Assembly (NCBI RefSeq): GCF_964213995.1
Contig: NC_135815.1
Coordinates: 43,524,001-43,588,000 of the forward strand
Reading direction: 5' to 3'
From: Mustelus asterias
Taxonomy: Eukaryota
DNA length: 64,000 bases
Within the stretch, counting starts at the first letter, position 1, and each line of letters opens with the position of its first letter. Shown here piece by piece: positions 37,240 to 47,746 of this stretch. Below the pieces are notes generated by a model. The model had not been told where the DNA came from, ran no database searches, and was given only the letters and a program-made list of their open reading frames with translations. The position numbers were made by a program, and so were the translations under genes.

Positions 37240-37678
37240 CCCACCCTGCCCCGGACAGTCTGTCTTCCATTCCTGGACACCTTACCCCAGACAATCTGTC
37301 TTCATTTCCAGACACCCCCCACCCTGCCCCTGACAGTCTGTCTTCATCTCCAGACAATCTCCAGCACTGCCCTGGACAGACAGGCTTCCATCCCCAGACA
37401 CCCTCCCACATTGGCCTGGACAGTCTGCCTTCCATTACTGGACACCCTCTCATCCTGTGCTGGACAGACAGGATTCTGCTTATAGACACTCAGCCACCCT
37501 GCCCCAGTCTGTCTTCCATTCCTGGACACTATCCTACCCAGCCCCAGACAGTCAGTCATCATCTCCAGACACCCTCCCACCCTGGCCCTGTACATACTGG
37601 CTTCTGTCTCCAGACGCCTTCCCAGCCTGCCTTGGAGAGACTGACTTCCTTCTCTGGACATCTTCCCACTCTGCCCCG
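37240..37678. repeat. Degenerate ~43-bp minisatellite, about 10 units
   Basis: Recurring ACCCTGCCCCGGACAGTCTGTCTTCCATCTCCAGACACCCTCCC-like unit. Confidence 0.8.
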
Positions 37679-38125
37679 CTGAGCTGTGCACCTCTGCCTG
37701 GCCCCAGCTTCACTCTTCCTTGTTGACCCTGCCACCCTCATCAAGTCTCCTTGACCTTTGCCCAGTAGACTCCATCCTCCTTGGTCACCCTCCGTGCCCT
37801 TTTGACAGCCCACACCCAAACTCAATCGTTACCTGCCATAAGTGAATACACCTGAAGAGGGAAAGATAGAGGCTGCTCACTGCAAAATCAAGGAAAGTGA
37901 CTACCGAGGGCATCCCATTTATGAGCAGTCATGGATCTGAAGATACTTTTTCCTCGCTCGCGCGTAACTTAATTGGGAGGTGGAACTTAATTCCAATGAA
38001 CTGGCCTTTTAATGTGCATGCATAATGTGCAAATGCATGTTAAAGGACTTCCTAACACTTGCCATCAGGGGGCTGGACCTGGCTTTAAAGTTCCAAGAAC
38101 TCAATGGCAAAAGTTTATCCCACCA

Positions 38126-38625
38126 TCAGGTGGATTGGCCAGGCTAAATTGCCCTTCAGTGTCCCAAGATGTGTAGGTTAGATGGATTAGCCATGGTGAA
38201 TGTGTGGGGTTGCAGGGATGGGGCTGGAGAGGGGCCTGGGTGGGAAGCTCTGTCAGACAGTTGGTGCAAATTCAATGGGCTGAATGGCCTAGAATCATAG
38301 AATCCCTACAGTGTAGAAGGAGGCCATTCAGCCCATCGAGCCTGCACCAACAACAAATTCACCCCGACCCCACCCTCATAACACCACATATTTACCCTGC
38401 TAATCCCCCTGACACGAAGGGGCAATTTAGTGTGGCCAATCCACCTAACCTCTTTAGCCTGTGGGAGGAAACCGGAGCCCCTGGAGGCAACCCACGCAGA
38501 CATAGGGAGAACATGCAAACTCAACACAGACAGTGACCCGAGGCCAGAATCGAACCCAGGTCCCTGGCGCTGTGAGGCAGCAGTGCTAACCACTGTGCCT
38601 CTTCTGCACTGTGGGGATTCTTCGA
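38126..38625. mobile_element. V-SINE (minus, 38291-38598) nested in the 3' part of another V-SINE (plus)
   Basis: The plus-strand tail ...TGAATGGCCT | CTTCTGCACTGTGGGGATTCT is split by a complete reverse copy. Confidence 0.8.
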
Positions 38626-40400
38626 TCAGGATTCTGACTTTTGGCCTCCTGTACAATTAAGTTCCCCCACCCGCCCTTCTTCCCACTCCCAGCTGCAGGA
38701 GGAGGTGGTTCCGCCCCTTATCTTTATATTGTGGCAGAACAGCTGAGTGAAAAGCCACGAGATTGCTCAGTCAGCATGTAAAGTTTGGTTAATTTTCTGA
38801 CTGAAAGATTCCACGGGTCGTTCTCCAGTTCTATGTAAATTACAGTGATAAAAAAACCCCAATCTTTTGCATTTTGATTTAGCAATTGGGGTATAGTGGA
38901 AAATGTGAGACAGGTCAGAGTTTTGGAACGATTCAAAGGTTTTGGTTGGTGTGGGCAGGTGTTGGTTTTCTGAGAAATAGACTGGTTGGTAACAGTTCGT
39001 AAACAGCTTGTGCTAGCTTCAACCTGACATCATATATCGTTGCAGTCAACTGCAGATAGGGGAAGGAACACAAATGTGGGCTTGGCTTACCCAGGCCCGA
39101 CTTTGTTTTAAAATAAACAGGCCAGCAAAAGAAAAAAAATAAAGTTGGACTCAGGTAGAGTAGAGGGGATGAAAATATATAACATCACAAATGACCTGCC
39201 CAGCATTCTGGAAAATACGTAACAGTCAAGTCTCCTGGGGCACCAAAAATCATTGCCTTAAGATCAATTAATTGCCATTTTTGTTAGTTCCCTGTTTTAA
39301 TTACTGAAATGGTCAGGTAATGGAGTTGATATTTGTTTAGTCATGTAAAAATCAATGGACTAGATAGCTACTGAAACCACAGTGACTACATATGGCACTC
39401 TTTGGCTGAATATTGATGGCATGCATTCAAATACTCTTTATCACATTTCCAATGCGAATGTTGGATTAACCGGCCTGTAATATCCTGGTTTTGGGACCCT
39501 TATTTATGGAGTTACTTAAAAATATCATTCACTTGCGTATTTCTCCAGGTTCTGATTTAGCGACCATCTCAATGATTAATCCTTGGAGTATATACCTAGC
39601 CACAGGTCTATGGTAGTGTGACATGCAAGTGCAACACATTCTCTGACTCCAAGTTTAAATTAAATTGGTAGCCAGCCTCAGCCATGCCTCAAACCATTCA
39701 TTTCAGTGGACAGAGAATCCTGTGGGAGCACTCGCCACTCGTGCTCTTGATAGTTGCACCTCTGTTGTGAGGGACTAAAACACTGTATATTTTCATGAAT
39801 ATTTATAGATATGCTTGCCTTGTTTTTATAGTGAGCAACAGCCAACACCATTGCTGCTGAACTAATTTAATTAATAATGCATTTACGTAACATAAGCACA
39901 CAAATGAAAGACATCTGAAGCCGTGTTCCAACCGTCTCTAATGTGTACTATCTGACCTTCAACCCCCAGGTCAGGTGACCCCATACATAGTACAGAGCGT
40001 ACCGTACTGGAGTCCACAACAACAATCAATTACTATCATGACATTTCCCTTTCGTTTAAGCAAAACGTTTCAGACTGGTTTCGGTTAGAACAAACTAGGT
40101 TGTGAGCATACCTTACTCAAGTACACAAAGTCTCTTACAAAGAACAAAGACAATTACAGCGCAGGAACAGGCCCTTCAAGCCTGCTCCGACCATGCTGCC
40201 CGACTTAACTAAAACCCCCTACCCTTCCGGGGACCATATCCCTCTATTCCCATCCTATTCATATATTTGTCAAAAGAACAAAGAAAATTATTCTTTCGCT
40301 CTCTGTTTTGATCAGTCTGTTTTATTTTTCACTTACTTCTGTGGTGTTTTTCACAATTGTTCCACTGGATATTCTGAACGGTGTCAGAGGTGAGATTTAC

Positions 40401-40492
40401 TCACCTGATGAAAGAGCAGCGCTCTGAAAGTTCGTGGTTCCAAATAGACCTGTTGGACTTTAACCTAGTGTCGTGAGACTTTTTACTGTGGG
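40401..40492 (+). mobile_element. Penelope-type terminal repeat with hammerhead core
   Basis: TCAC-CTGATGA-A-AGAGC-AGC-GCTCT-GAAA-GTTC-GTGG. Confidence 0.65.
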
Positions 40493-40869
40493 TATCTATT
40501 GGTTCACTAGTGGATTTTGCTTCTTGATTTTCAGCTACTCGATCTGGTTCAGAGCAGGGCGGTGTTTCATTTGTTTTCTGGAAGAATTTCCAGCTTCTCC
40601 TGTACTGTTGTCCGTTTGGAGTCTGCATTATGTAAGACCTTGGTTCCCCTGTGATCCCTGTGACAACGGCATGATTTCAGATCTCTTCTTGCTGAATTCT
40701 CACTGTGTCTCCCATGTTCAGTTCAGACAGAGGTCAGTCGCCTTTCTGCTTCTGCTGTCTCAATTTGATCAGGTCCTGCACGTTGTAACTCACTGACTGA
40801 GGAAATAGCAGTTGGGGCGCAGTTGGAAGCTTTGTTCTTAGTTTTTTCCCCAATCAGGAGCTGGGAATG

Positions 40870-41960
40870 TCATAGTGTCAGCAAAGAAACAGGCCCTTCG
40901 GCCCACCATGTCTATGCTGACCATCAAATACCAATCTATACTAATCCCATTTACCAGCACTTGGTCCATAGCCGATTATGCCTTGGCAGTGTAAGTGCTT
41001 GTCCAGATGTTTCTTAAATGCTGTGAGAGTACCTGCCTCCACACCCTCTCAGGCAGCATGTTCCAGATTTCCACCACCCCATGAGTGAAAAAAACTTTCC
41101 TCAGATCCCCTCTAAACCACTTACTCCTCACCTTAAACCTATCTCCTTTGGTCTTAGACACCTCTGCCATGGGGATTCTTATGATCCATCCTATTTATGC
41201 CTCTCATAATTTGGTATACTTCTATCAGATCCCCTCCTCAGCCTCCCCTGCTCTGAGGAAAACAAACCCAGCCTATCCAGTCTCTCCTCATAGCTGAAAC
41301 TTTCCATCCCAGGCAACATCCTGGTGAATCTTCTCTGCACCCTCTCCAAGTGCAATTGTGTCCTTCTGATAGTGTTGTGACTAGAACTGCACACAATGTT
41401 CCACCTGTGGCCTAACAAATGTCTTTTAAAATTTGTACCAAGACCTCCCTGCTCCCACATTCTATGTCCCGGCTGATGTATACAAGCATCCCATCTGCCC
41501 TCACTACACTATCAACCTGTGCTGCCACCTTCAGGAATATATGGACTTGGACACCAAGGTCCATTGCCCGCTAAAACACTGAATACCTCCTCCTTATTAA
41601 TCTTAACATGCTCTCGAACTTCACCATCCCCAACTGAAATCTCCAGATACAATGTTTTTCTCCTTTGTGAATACAGGTGAAAAATATTAATTTAAGACCT
41701 CGCCCATGTCCTTTGGTTCCATGCACAGATCGCCCCTTTTGTCTCTCATGGGGTCCCACTCTCTGGTCATCATCTTCCTCTTAATTTACTTACAAAATGC
41801 CTTGGGGTTTTCTTTAATCTTATCTGCCAAAGATATTTTGTGGCCCCTCCTAATTTCTTTTGTAAGCACCCACCTACACCCTCTGTACTCCTGAAACGTG
41901 CTCCCCTGTTTTTATTGCTCTAAACCGACCACATGCTTCCTTTTGTTTCTTTATCCAATG
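40870..41960 (-). mobile_element. CR1 LINE fragments nested in the Gypsy
   Basis: LERVQRRFTRMLPGME..YEERLDRLGLFS, KGDRFKVR..FFTHGVVEIWN. Confidence 0.8.
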
Positions 41961-42834
41961 CCTTCTATTGGAGTATTCTTGAAATCTAGCAGAGCTTCGT
42001 AAGGGTCCCTGCTTTCGCCTTCTTCAACAGGTATTTTAAAGTTTGCACGGCACATTCCACCATTCCGTTGGATATTTGGGACTTGACCTAATGTGGCGAA
42101 ACTCCCAGTTCTGTGTTAATTTGCGCAACTCAATGGCTGAGAATTGTGGACTATTGCCTGAGATGAGCATTCCATGTATACCATGGTGAACAAAAATGGA
42201 TTTCTTTGTCCTCTTCTTCTGTGATAGGTAGGTATGCATGCGACAGAGTGTCTGCAATGTACATTTCTTTGCTTGGTTTGTATTTAACTCTGACCTGGTA
42301 CTTCTGTAGATGTATTAGGAATCTTTAGATACTTGTGGTGCCCTGTTCAGCATCTTTATTTAGTATAGCTTCCAAGTCATTCGACCCATCAGGTGTGCAC
42401 CGACTCTACGAAAGAGCATCTTCAGTGTTCTCTTTAGACTGGTCAAAGTCTCTTGGTGACTTTGTTCCCAGTGCTGTTCCACATTGTTTTGTAGTTCTCT
42501 GAGAGGTGCTGTCAGGACTGATATGTGTGGAATGAATTTACCAATGTTACAATCTCCAAAAGCCTCTCCAAGTCTTTTTACCTTCTGGCATATTCTCGAC
42601 AGCTTCAATTTTACTCTGGTCTAGCTCAATCCCTCATTTGTTTGCACAAGTCCCAAAAACTTGATTTCATGAAGACCTATTTTGCACTTTACCTTCTTCA
42701 GCTTGAGGCTCCTTTCTCTAGCTCCTGGCCAGCGCCTGCCTTGTTCTGTGGTTGTGTTTTTCTGGTGTGGCTCCCCAGACCAGCACAATATGGGTTTCCC
42801 CACCCTCTCACCCTTAACAGCTGCTTCACTCTTC

Positions 42835-43147
42835 ATCGAATCATAGAATCCCTACAGTGCAGAAGGAGGCCATTTGTTCTATTGAGTCTGCACCGACCAC
42901 AAACCCACCCAGGCCCTATCCCCGTAACCCCACGTATTTACCCTGTTAGTCCCCTTGACACTAAGGGGCAATTTATCATGGCCAATCAACCTAATCTGCA
43001 CATCTTAAGACTGTGGGAGGAAACAGGACCACCTGGAGGAAACCCATGCAGACATGGGGAGAATGTGCAAACTCCACTCAGACAATGACAGGAACTGAAC
43101 CTGGGTCCCTGGTGCTGTGAGGCAGCAGTGCTAATCACTGTGCCGCC
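42835..43147 (-). mobile_element. HE1-like V-SINE (tail A)
   Basis: Head at 43110-43147 and GAATCATAGAATC tail on the + strand. Confidence 0.85.
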
Positions 43148-43514
43148 CCACCAAAAAATAAATGTAAAAAGCCTGTAGCACCCATATGGTGTGTTGAAGA
43201 TAAAGGTGTAGGAGCTGCATTCATCCAGCTTGACCTCCCAGAAGCCTGAACTCACATCCAAGACTGAATAGTATTTAGCATCAGCGAGCTTACGTGTGAC
43301 CTCTTTTACTCGAGGCAACTGATAACGCTCTTTTTGTGTTGCCTGGTTTAGGTCGCTGGGATCCAGACAGACATGCAGATTCCCATCTGATTTTATCTAC
43401 AATTGCAACCGGATTAACCAATTTTGTCGGTTCTTCAATTTTCTCGATGATGTGAAGTTTCTCCCTTCTGTCTAACTCTGTCTTCAGTTGGTCTCTCAGC
43501 AATGGGGGAGGCAA

Positions 43515-43862
43515 TGACCCATTATCTCTAGATAATTAATCCAGAAACTCAGCTAATGTTCTGGGGACCTAGCTTCGAATCCCGCCATGGGAGATGGTGG
43601 AATTTGAATTCAATAAGTAGTATCTGGAATTAAGAAGCTTTTGATGACCATGAAACCATTGTCGATTGTCGGAAAAACCCATCTTGTTCACTAATGTCCT
43701 TTCGGGAAGGAAATGTGTTGTCCTTATCTGGTCTGGTCTACATGTGACTCCAGAGCCACAGCAATGTGGTTGACTCTCAACTGCCCTCCAAGGGCAACTA
43801 GGGATGGGCAATAAATACTGGCCAGCCAGTGATGCCCATGTCCCATGAATGAATAAAAAAAT
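43515..43862 (+). mobile_element. SacSINE1/DeuSINE-like SINE
   Basis: B-box-like TTCGAATCCC, core GGAAGGAAAT...CTACATGTGACTCCAGAGCCACAGCAATGTGGTTGACTCT, and a LINE-type tail with poly(A). Confidence 0.7.
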
Positions 43863-44837
43863 AATTACTGGTACATTCCTGGGTGAGTGTATTTTGGATG
43901 TCACTCTTTGGACAATCTTGATGGTGCGTTCTCCTTGAGGTAACCAATTTTCCAAACACATATTTGTACTCACTCAGGATGTCATTATTCTCTTGATTAA
44001 CTTTAGATTTTCACAAGCTTTGATTTCAAGAATGGGTTTTGCATCGTTTTTCACCACGATAAATGGAAGTGCTTGAAACTGTTTTCTGTAGTTCGCTTTA
44101 AGAGTGCATTAGCCTTCTACAGCAATTTCATCACCTGTATAAGTAGACCTTTTTACTTATGTTTTAGTTAACGATTTTCCTTCGTCTATCTTACAATACA
44201 GGCTTATGGGAATGACATTTGCTGGTGCATCTGTGTCAAGCTTGAAATTCACCACCATGCTGGCAATTTTAAAACCAACCTTCCATTTGTCTTTTGAGTT
44301 TGTTGTTACTGCACCAATGAACAACATCAGTTAGTGTGTCTGGGCCCGATTTTAACAACGGGCGTGAAATCGCGGTAAAGTTGGGCGTCGGACCTATACC
44401 GCGATCTGCACCCGATTCCGAGCAGATCGCGGCTTTACCGACACCCGATTCGGGTGCGGGTCCGGGCCGCACCCGAATCGGGCGGCCCGACGATTTAAAT
44501 GCATTTGCATGCATTTAAATCGACCCAACTCTACCGCCAAATCCCACATTTTACCGTCTTCTGGCCCGTTCTGCATCCGCGCTGTAAGCGACCTGCAAAA
44601 TAAAAGTCTGAAGTCGTCGCTGCAGCTTCCGAAGAGCCGATGGAGGCTCTGACCCAGGTCATCCTCTGGTCGGGGGTGGGGGTGGGGGGGGGGGGGGGGG
44701 TGGGGGTGGGGGTTCCACTGCCAGTCTGCGGCCGATCGGTGGGGAGGGAGGGGGCGGGGGTTCCGCTGCCACTCTGCGGGCGATCCCTCCTCCCCACCGG
44801 AGGAACGAATCCCTCCTGCCGGAGTGGACGTGTGGCC

Positions 44838-44991
44838 ATGCCATCCCACAAATCCTTCAGGATGAAGCGATTCCTCGCTAAGAAGATGAAGCAGAACCGG
44901 CCGATTCCACAGTGCATCCGCATGAAAACCGGCTACAAGATCAGTACAAGTCCAAGAGGAGAACTGGAGAAGGACCAAGCTGGGCCTGTAA
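44838..44991 (+). pseudogene. RPL39: Processed 60S ribosomal protein L39 pseudogene, copy 1
   Basis: [35 protein letters not shown], then a frameshifted [14 protein letters not shown]-stop. Intronless, 154 nt versus the 156 nt of a 51-aa CDS. Confidence 0.93.
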
Positions 44992-45103
44992 AGGGATACA
45001 CCATCACTGGGACACTACCAGCCACAGCCATCTCTCCCGCTCTCTTGCCCCTGCAGGGAAGAGTAATCTGTGGCTGGTAGTGTCCCAGTGATGGTGTATC
45101 CCT

Positions 45104-45258
45104 TTACAGGCCCAGCTTGGTCCTTCTCCAGTGTCTCCTCTTGGACTTGTACTGATCTTGTAGCTGGTTTTCATGCGGATCCACTGTGGAATCGGCCGGT
45201 TCTGCTTCATCTTCTTAGCGAGGAATCGCTTCATCCTGAAGGTTTTGTGGGATGGCAT
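45104..45258 (-). pseudogene. RPL39: Processed 60S ribosomal protein L39 pseudogene, copy 2 (inverted)
   Basis: [35 protein letters not shown], a 1-nt deletion, then [15 protein letters not shown]-stop. 155 nt. Confidence 0.93.
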
Positions 45259-45327
45259 GGCCGCACGTCCACTCCGGCAGGAGGGATTCGTTCCTCCTGT
45301 GAGGAGGAGGGATTGCCTGCAGAGAGG

Positions 45328-45527
45328 NNNNNNNNNNNNNNNNNNNNNNNNNNNNNNNNNNNNNNNNNNNNNNNNNNNNNNNNNNNNNNNNNNNNNNNNN
45401 NNNNNNNNNNNNNNNNNNNNNNNNNNNNNNNNNNNNNNNNNNNNNNNNNNNNNNNNNNNNNNNNNNNNNNNNNNNNNNNNNNNNNNNNNNNNNNNNNNNN
45501 NNNNNNNNNNNNNNNNNNNNNNNNNNN
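45328..45527. other. Assembly gap (200 N)
   Basis: Run of N inside the right arm of the inverted repeat. Confidence 0.99.
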
Positions 45528-46209
45528 GGCGGATCCCCTGCCCCCTCCCTCCCCACCGATCGGCCACAGACTGGCAGCAGAACCCCCCCCCCTGCCGACC
45601 AGAGGATGATCTGGATCCCGCCCCCCTCCTCCTCCTCCCACTCCAGCCCCCCCCCCCAACTAATGGATGATCTGGGTCCCCTCCCCCCGACTCCCCACCC
45701 CCCCCTCCCCAACCAGAGGATGATCGTCAGAGAGCCGCTCTCTCCGCTTTCTGCTTTTTTTTTCTTTCGCGCCTGGGCGTGCTCTGTCTGATTTTTTTTG
45801 AACTGCGCATGCGCAGTTCAGAGCTCCGATCGGTCCGCCAGCGCGAAGCCCCGCCCACAGCGTGAATCAGACCAGATCCGGCAAAACGCATATGGGCGCG
45901 CTGGAAAGAGGATTCCAGGCACGGATCTATTTGACGCCCGGATTCGGCACTTAGACTCAAAATGATAAAATCAGGCCCTCTGTGTCATCATAGAATAGAA
46001 TCTCAGATCATAGAATCTGCAATTGTGCGCACTTTCTTCAATTTACACACCTTAGCAAAGTGATCTAGATGATCTGTAGGCTGGACAACTACATGGTAAG
46101 TACTCTATGGTAAGGTTTTGACATTTCAATTAAGTTTTATAATCTGTAATGTCTATGAATTGTATTCTGTAATCACAGGTTAAAATTAAATGATTCAGTT
46201 TTGGCTTGT

Positions 46210-46745
46210 TATAGTCATAGTCATAGTCATAGAGGTTTACAGCTTGGAAACAGGCCCTTCGGCCCAACTTGTCCATGCCGCCCAGTTTTTACCATTAAAC
46301 TAGTCCCAATTGTCTGCATTTGGCGCATATCCCTCTATACCAATCTTGCCCATGTAACTGTCTAAATGCTTTTTAAAAGACAAAATTATACCCGCCTCTA
46401 CTACTACCTCTGGCAGCTCATTGCAGACTCTCATCACCCACTGTATGAAAAAATTGCCCCTCTGGACCCTTGTGTTTCTCTCCCCTCTCACCTTAAACCT
46501 ATGCACTCTCGTTTTAGACTCCCCTACCTTTGGGAAACGATGTTGACCAACTTCTTTATCTATGTCAGTTTTTATGTTCTCCACAAGCTTACTCTCGTAC
46601 TCAATTTTACCCTTCTTAATCAATCCCTTGGTCCTCCTTTACTGAATTTTAAACTGTTCCCAATTCTCAGCTCTGCTGTTTTCTTCTGGCCAATTTGTAT
46701 GCCTCTCCATTGGATATAAAACTATTTCTAATTTCCTTTGTAAGT
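46210..46745 (-). mobile_element. CR1 LINE 3' end plus an internal fragment
   Basis: FPKVGESKTRVHRFKVRGE..FFIQWVMRVCNELP. (AGTCAT)n tail. Confidence 0.8.
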
Positions 46746-46793
46746 TGATGGGCAATTGTCAATCAAGCCAACTGGGGGGACTGGAAAAAACAG

Positions 46794-46920
46794 GGCCGGA
46801 ATTCTCCTGTCCTGCCTACCACGGGAACTGTAGTGGGCAGGGGGCAGACCATGAAAAGGTCCATTGACCTTGGGGGGGATTCTCTGGTTTTGAGGCAGGC
46901 ACGGCCGGCGAATCCCACCC
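46794..46920. mobile_element. Short Harbinger-type MITE
   Basis: Ends GGCCGGAATTCTCC / GGCGAATCCCACCC with a candidate CAG TSD. Confidence 0.55.
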
Positions 46921-47479
46921 CAGATGTTTGTAAAAAACAAACTTGTTTTATGATGGAGCTCATTTGAGTTGAGCTGAAGCTGTTTTAATGGCCAAAATAC
47001 AACGAGATGTTTGTTTTAAAATCAGTTTGAAGGAATAGCTAAAGCAGACTGAACTTAAGATGATACTGTTTAACCATACATTGCTTTAATAGGCCTGTAT
47101 CAGATAGGAAACCTTTATTCTCTGATATTATGATAAGAAGTGGTCGTAACTGTTGATTTTAATAGCTTTACTGTGGGACTTTTGGTTAAGATATGTTGAC
47201 AAGAGAATGTGGCTTTTTCTGGCTTCTCTATCTAAAAGGCGATGTGCATTTGTATGTGATGGAATGTAAACATCTGGAGCTTATGACCCATAAATCAGAG
47301 GTTGTTGCAAAGGTGGGATGAGGTGAGATGAAATGCATCTTAAAACCAATAGGAGGAGTGAATTTGGATCATCTCCAAAGAAAGGGAGGAATGGGAGACT
47401 GGGGGATAAAAATTGAGCAATCATAATTCTCATTGACGCAGTGATACCACAGCTTCTGGGGTATGGCTCTCCTGGATAC

Positions 47480-47746
47480 AATCCAAAGATGGGCAGGTTA
47501 GGTAGATTGACCACTAAGGGGCAATTTAGCATGGCCAATCTACCTAACCTGCACATCTTTGACCACTAAGGGGCAATTTAGCATGGCCAAAGATGTGTAG
47601 GTTAGGTGGATTTGCCATGATCAATACACAGGGTTATTGGAATAGAGCAGGGGAGTGGTCCGGTTGGAGAGCTCTTTTGGAGGGTTGGTGCAGACTTGAT
47701 GGACTGAATGGCCTCTTTCTGCGCTGTAGGGATTTGATGGATTCTA
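47480..47746. mobile_element. Rearranged V-SINE with fold-back and duplicated segments
   Basis: Forward, reverse, reverse-duplicate and forward SINE segments are joined at GACC/GGCC. Confidence 0.7.

Larger units (their letters stand above)
44342..45978. mobile_element. Young non-autonomous Harbinger carrying captured RPL39 sequence as an inverted repeat
   Basis: TIRs GGGCCCGATTTTAACA / rc GGGCCTGATTTTATCA. 3-bp TSD TCT (44339-44341, 45979-45981). Both ends are homologous to the element at 16363-21960. CpG-rich. Includes a 200-N gap at 45328-45527. Confidence 0.9.

Noticed and set aside
37240-37678. CRISPR-like array or coding repeat
   Set aside because: Contiguous degenerate tandem units without unique spacers, no cas genes, and a eukaryotic context.
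44640-45712. ORFs containing RPL39 peptide read as a functional or fusion gene
   Set aside because: Both copies are intronless, frameshifted after codon 35 and embedded in a transposon. The flanking ORF sequence is low-complexity G/C runs or N.
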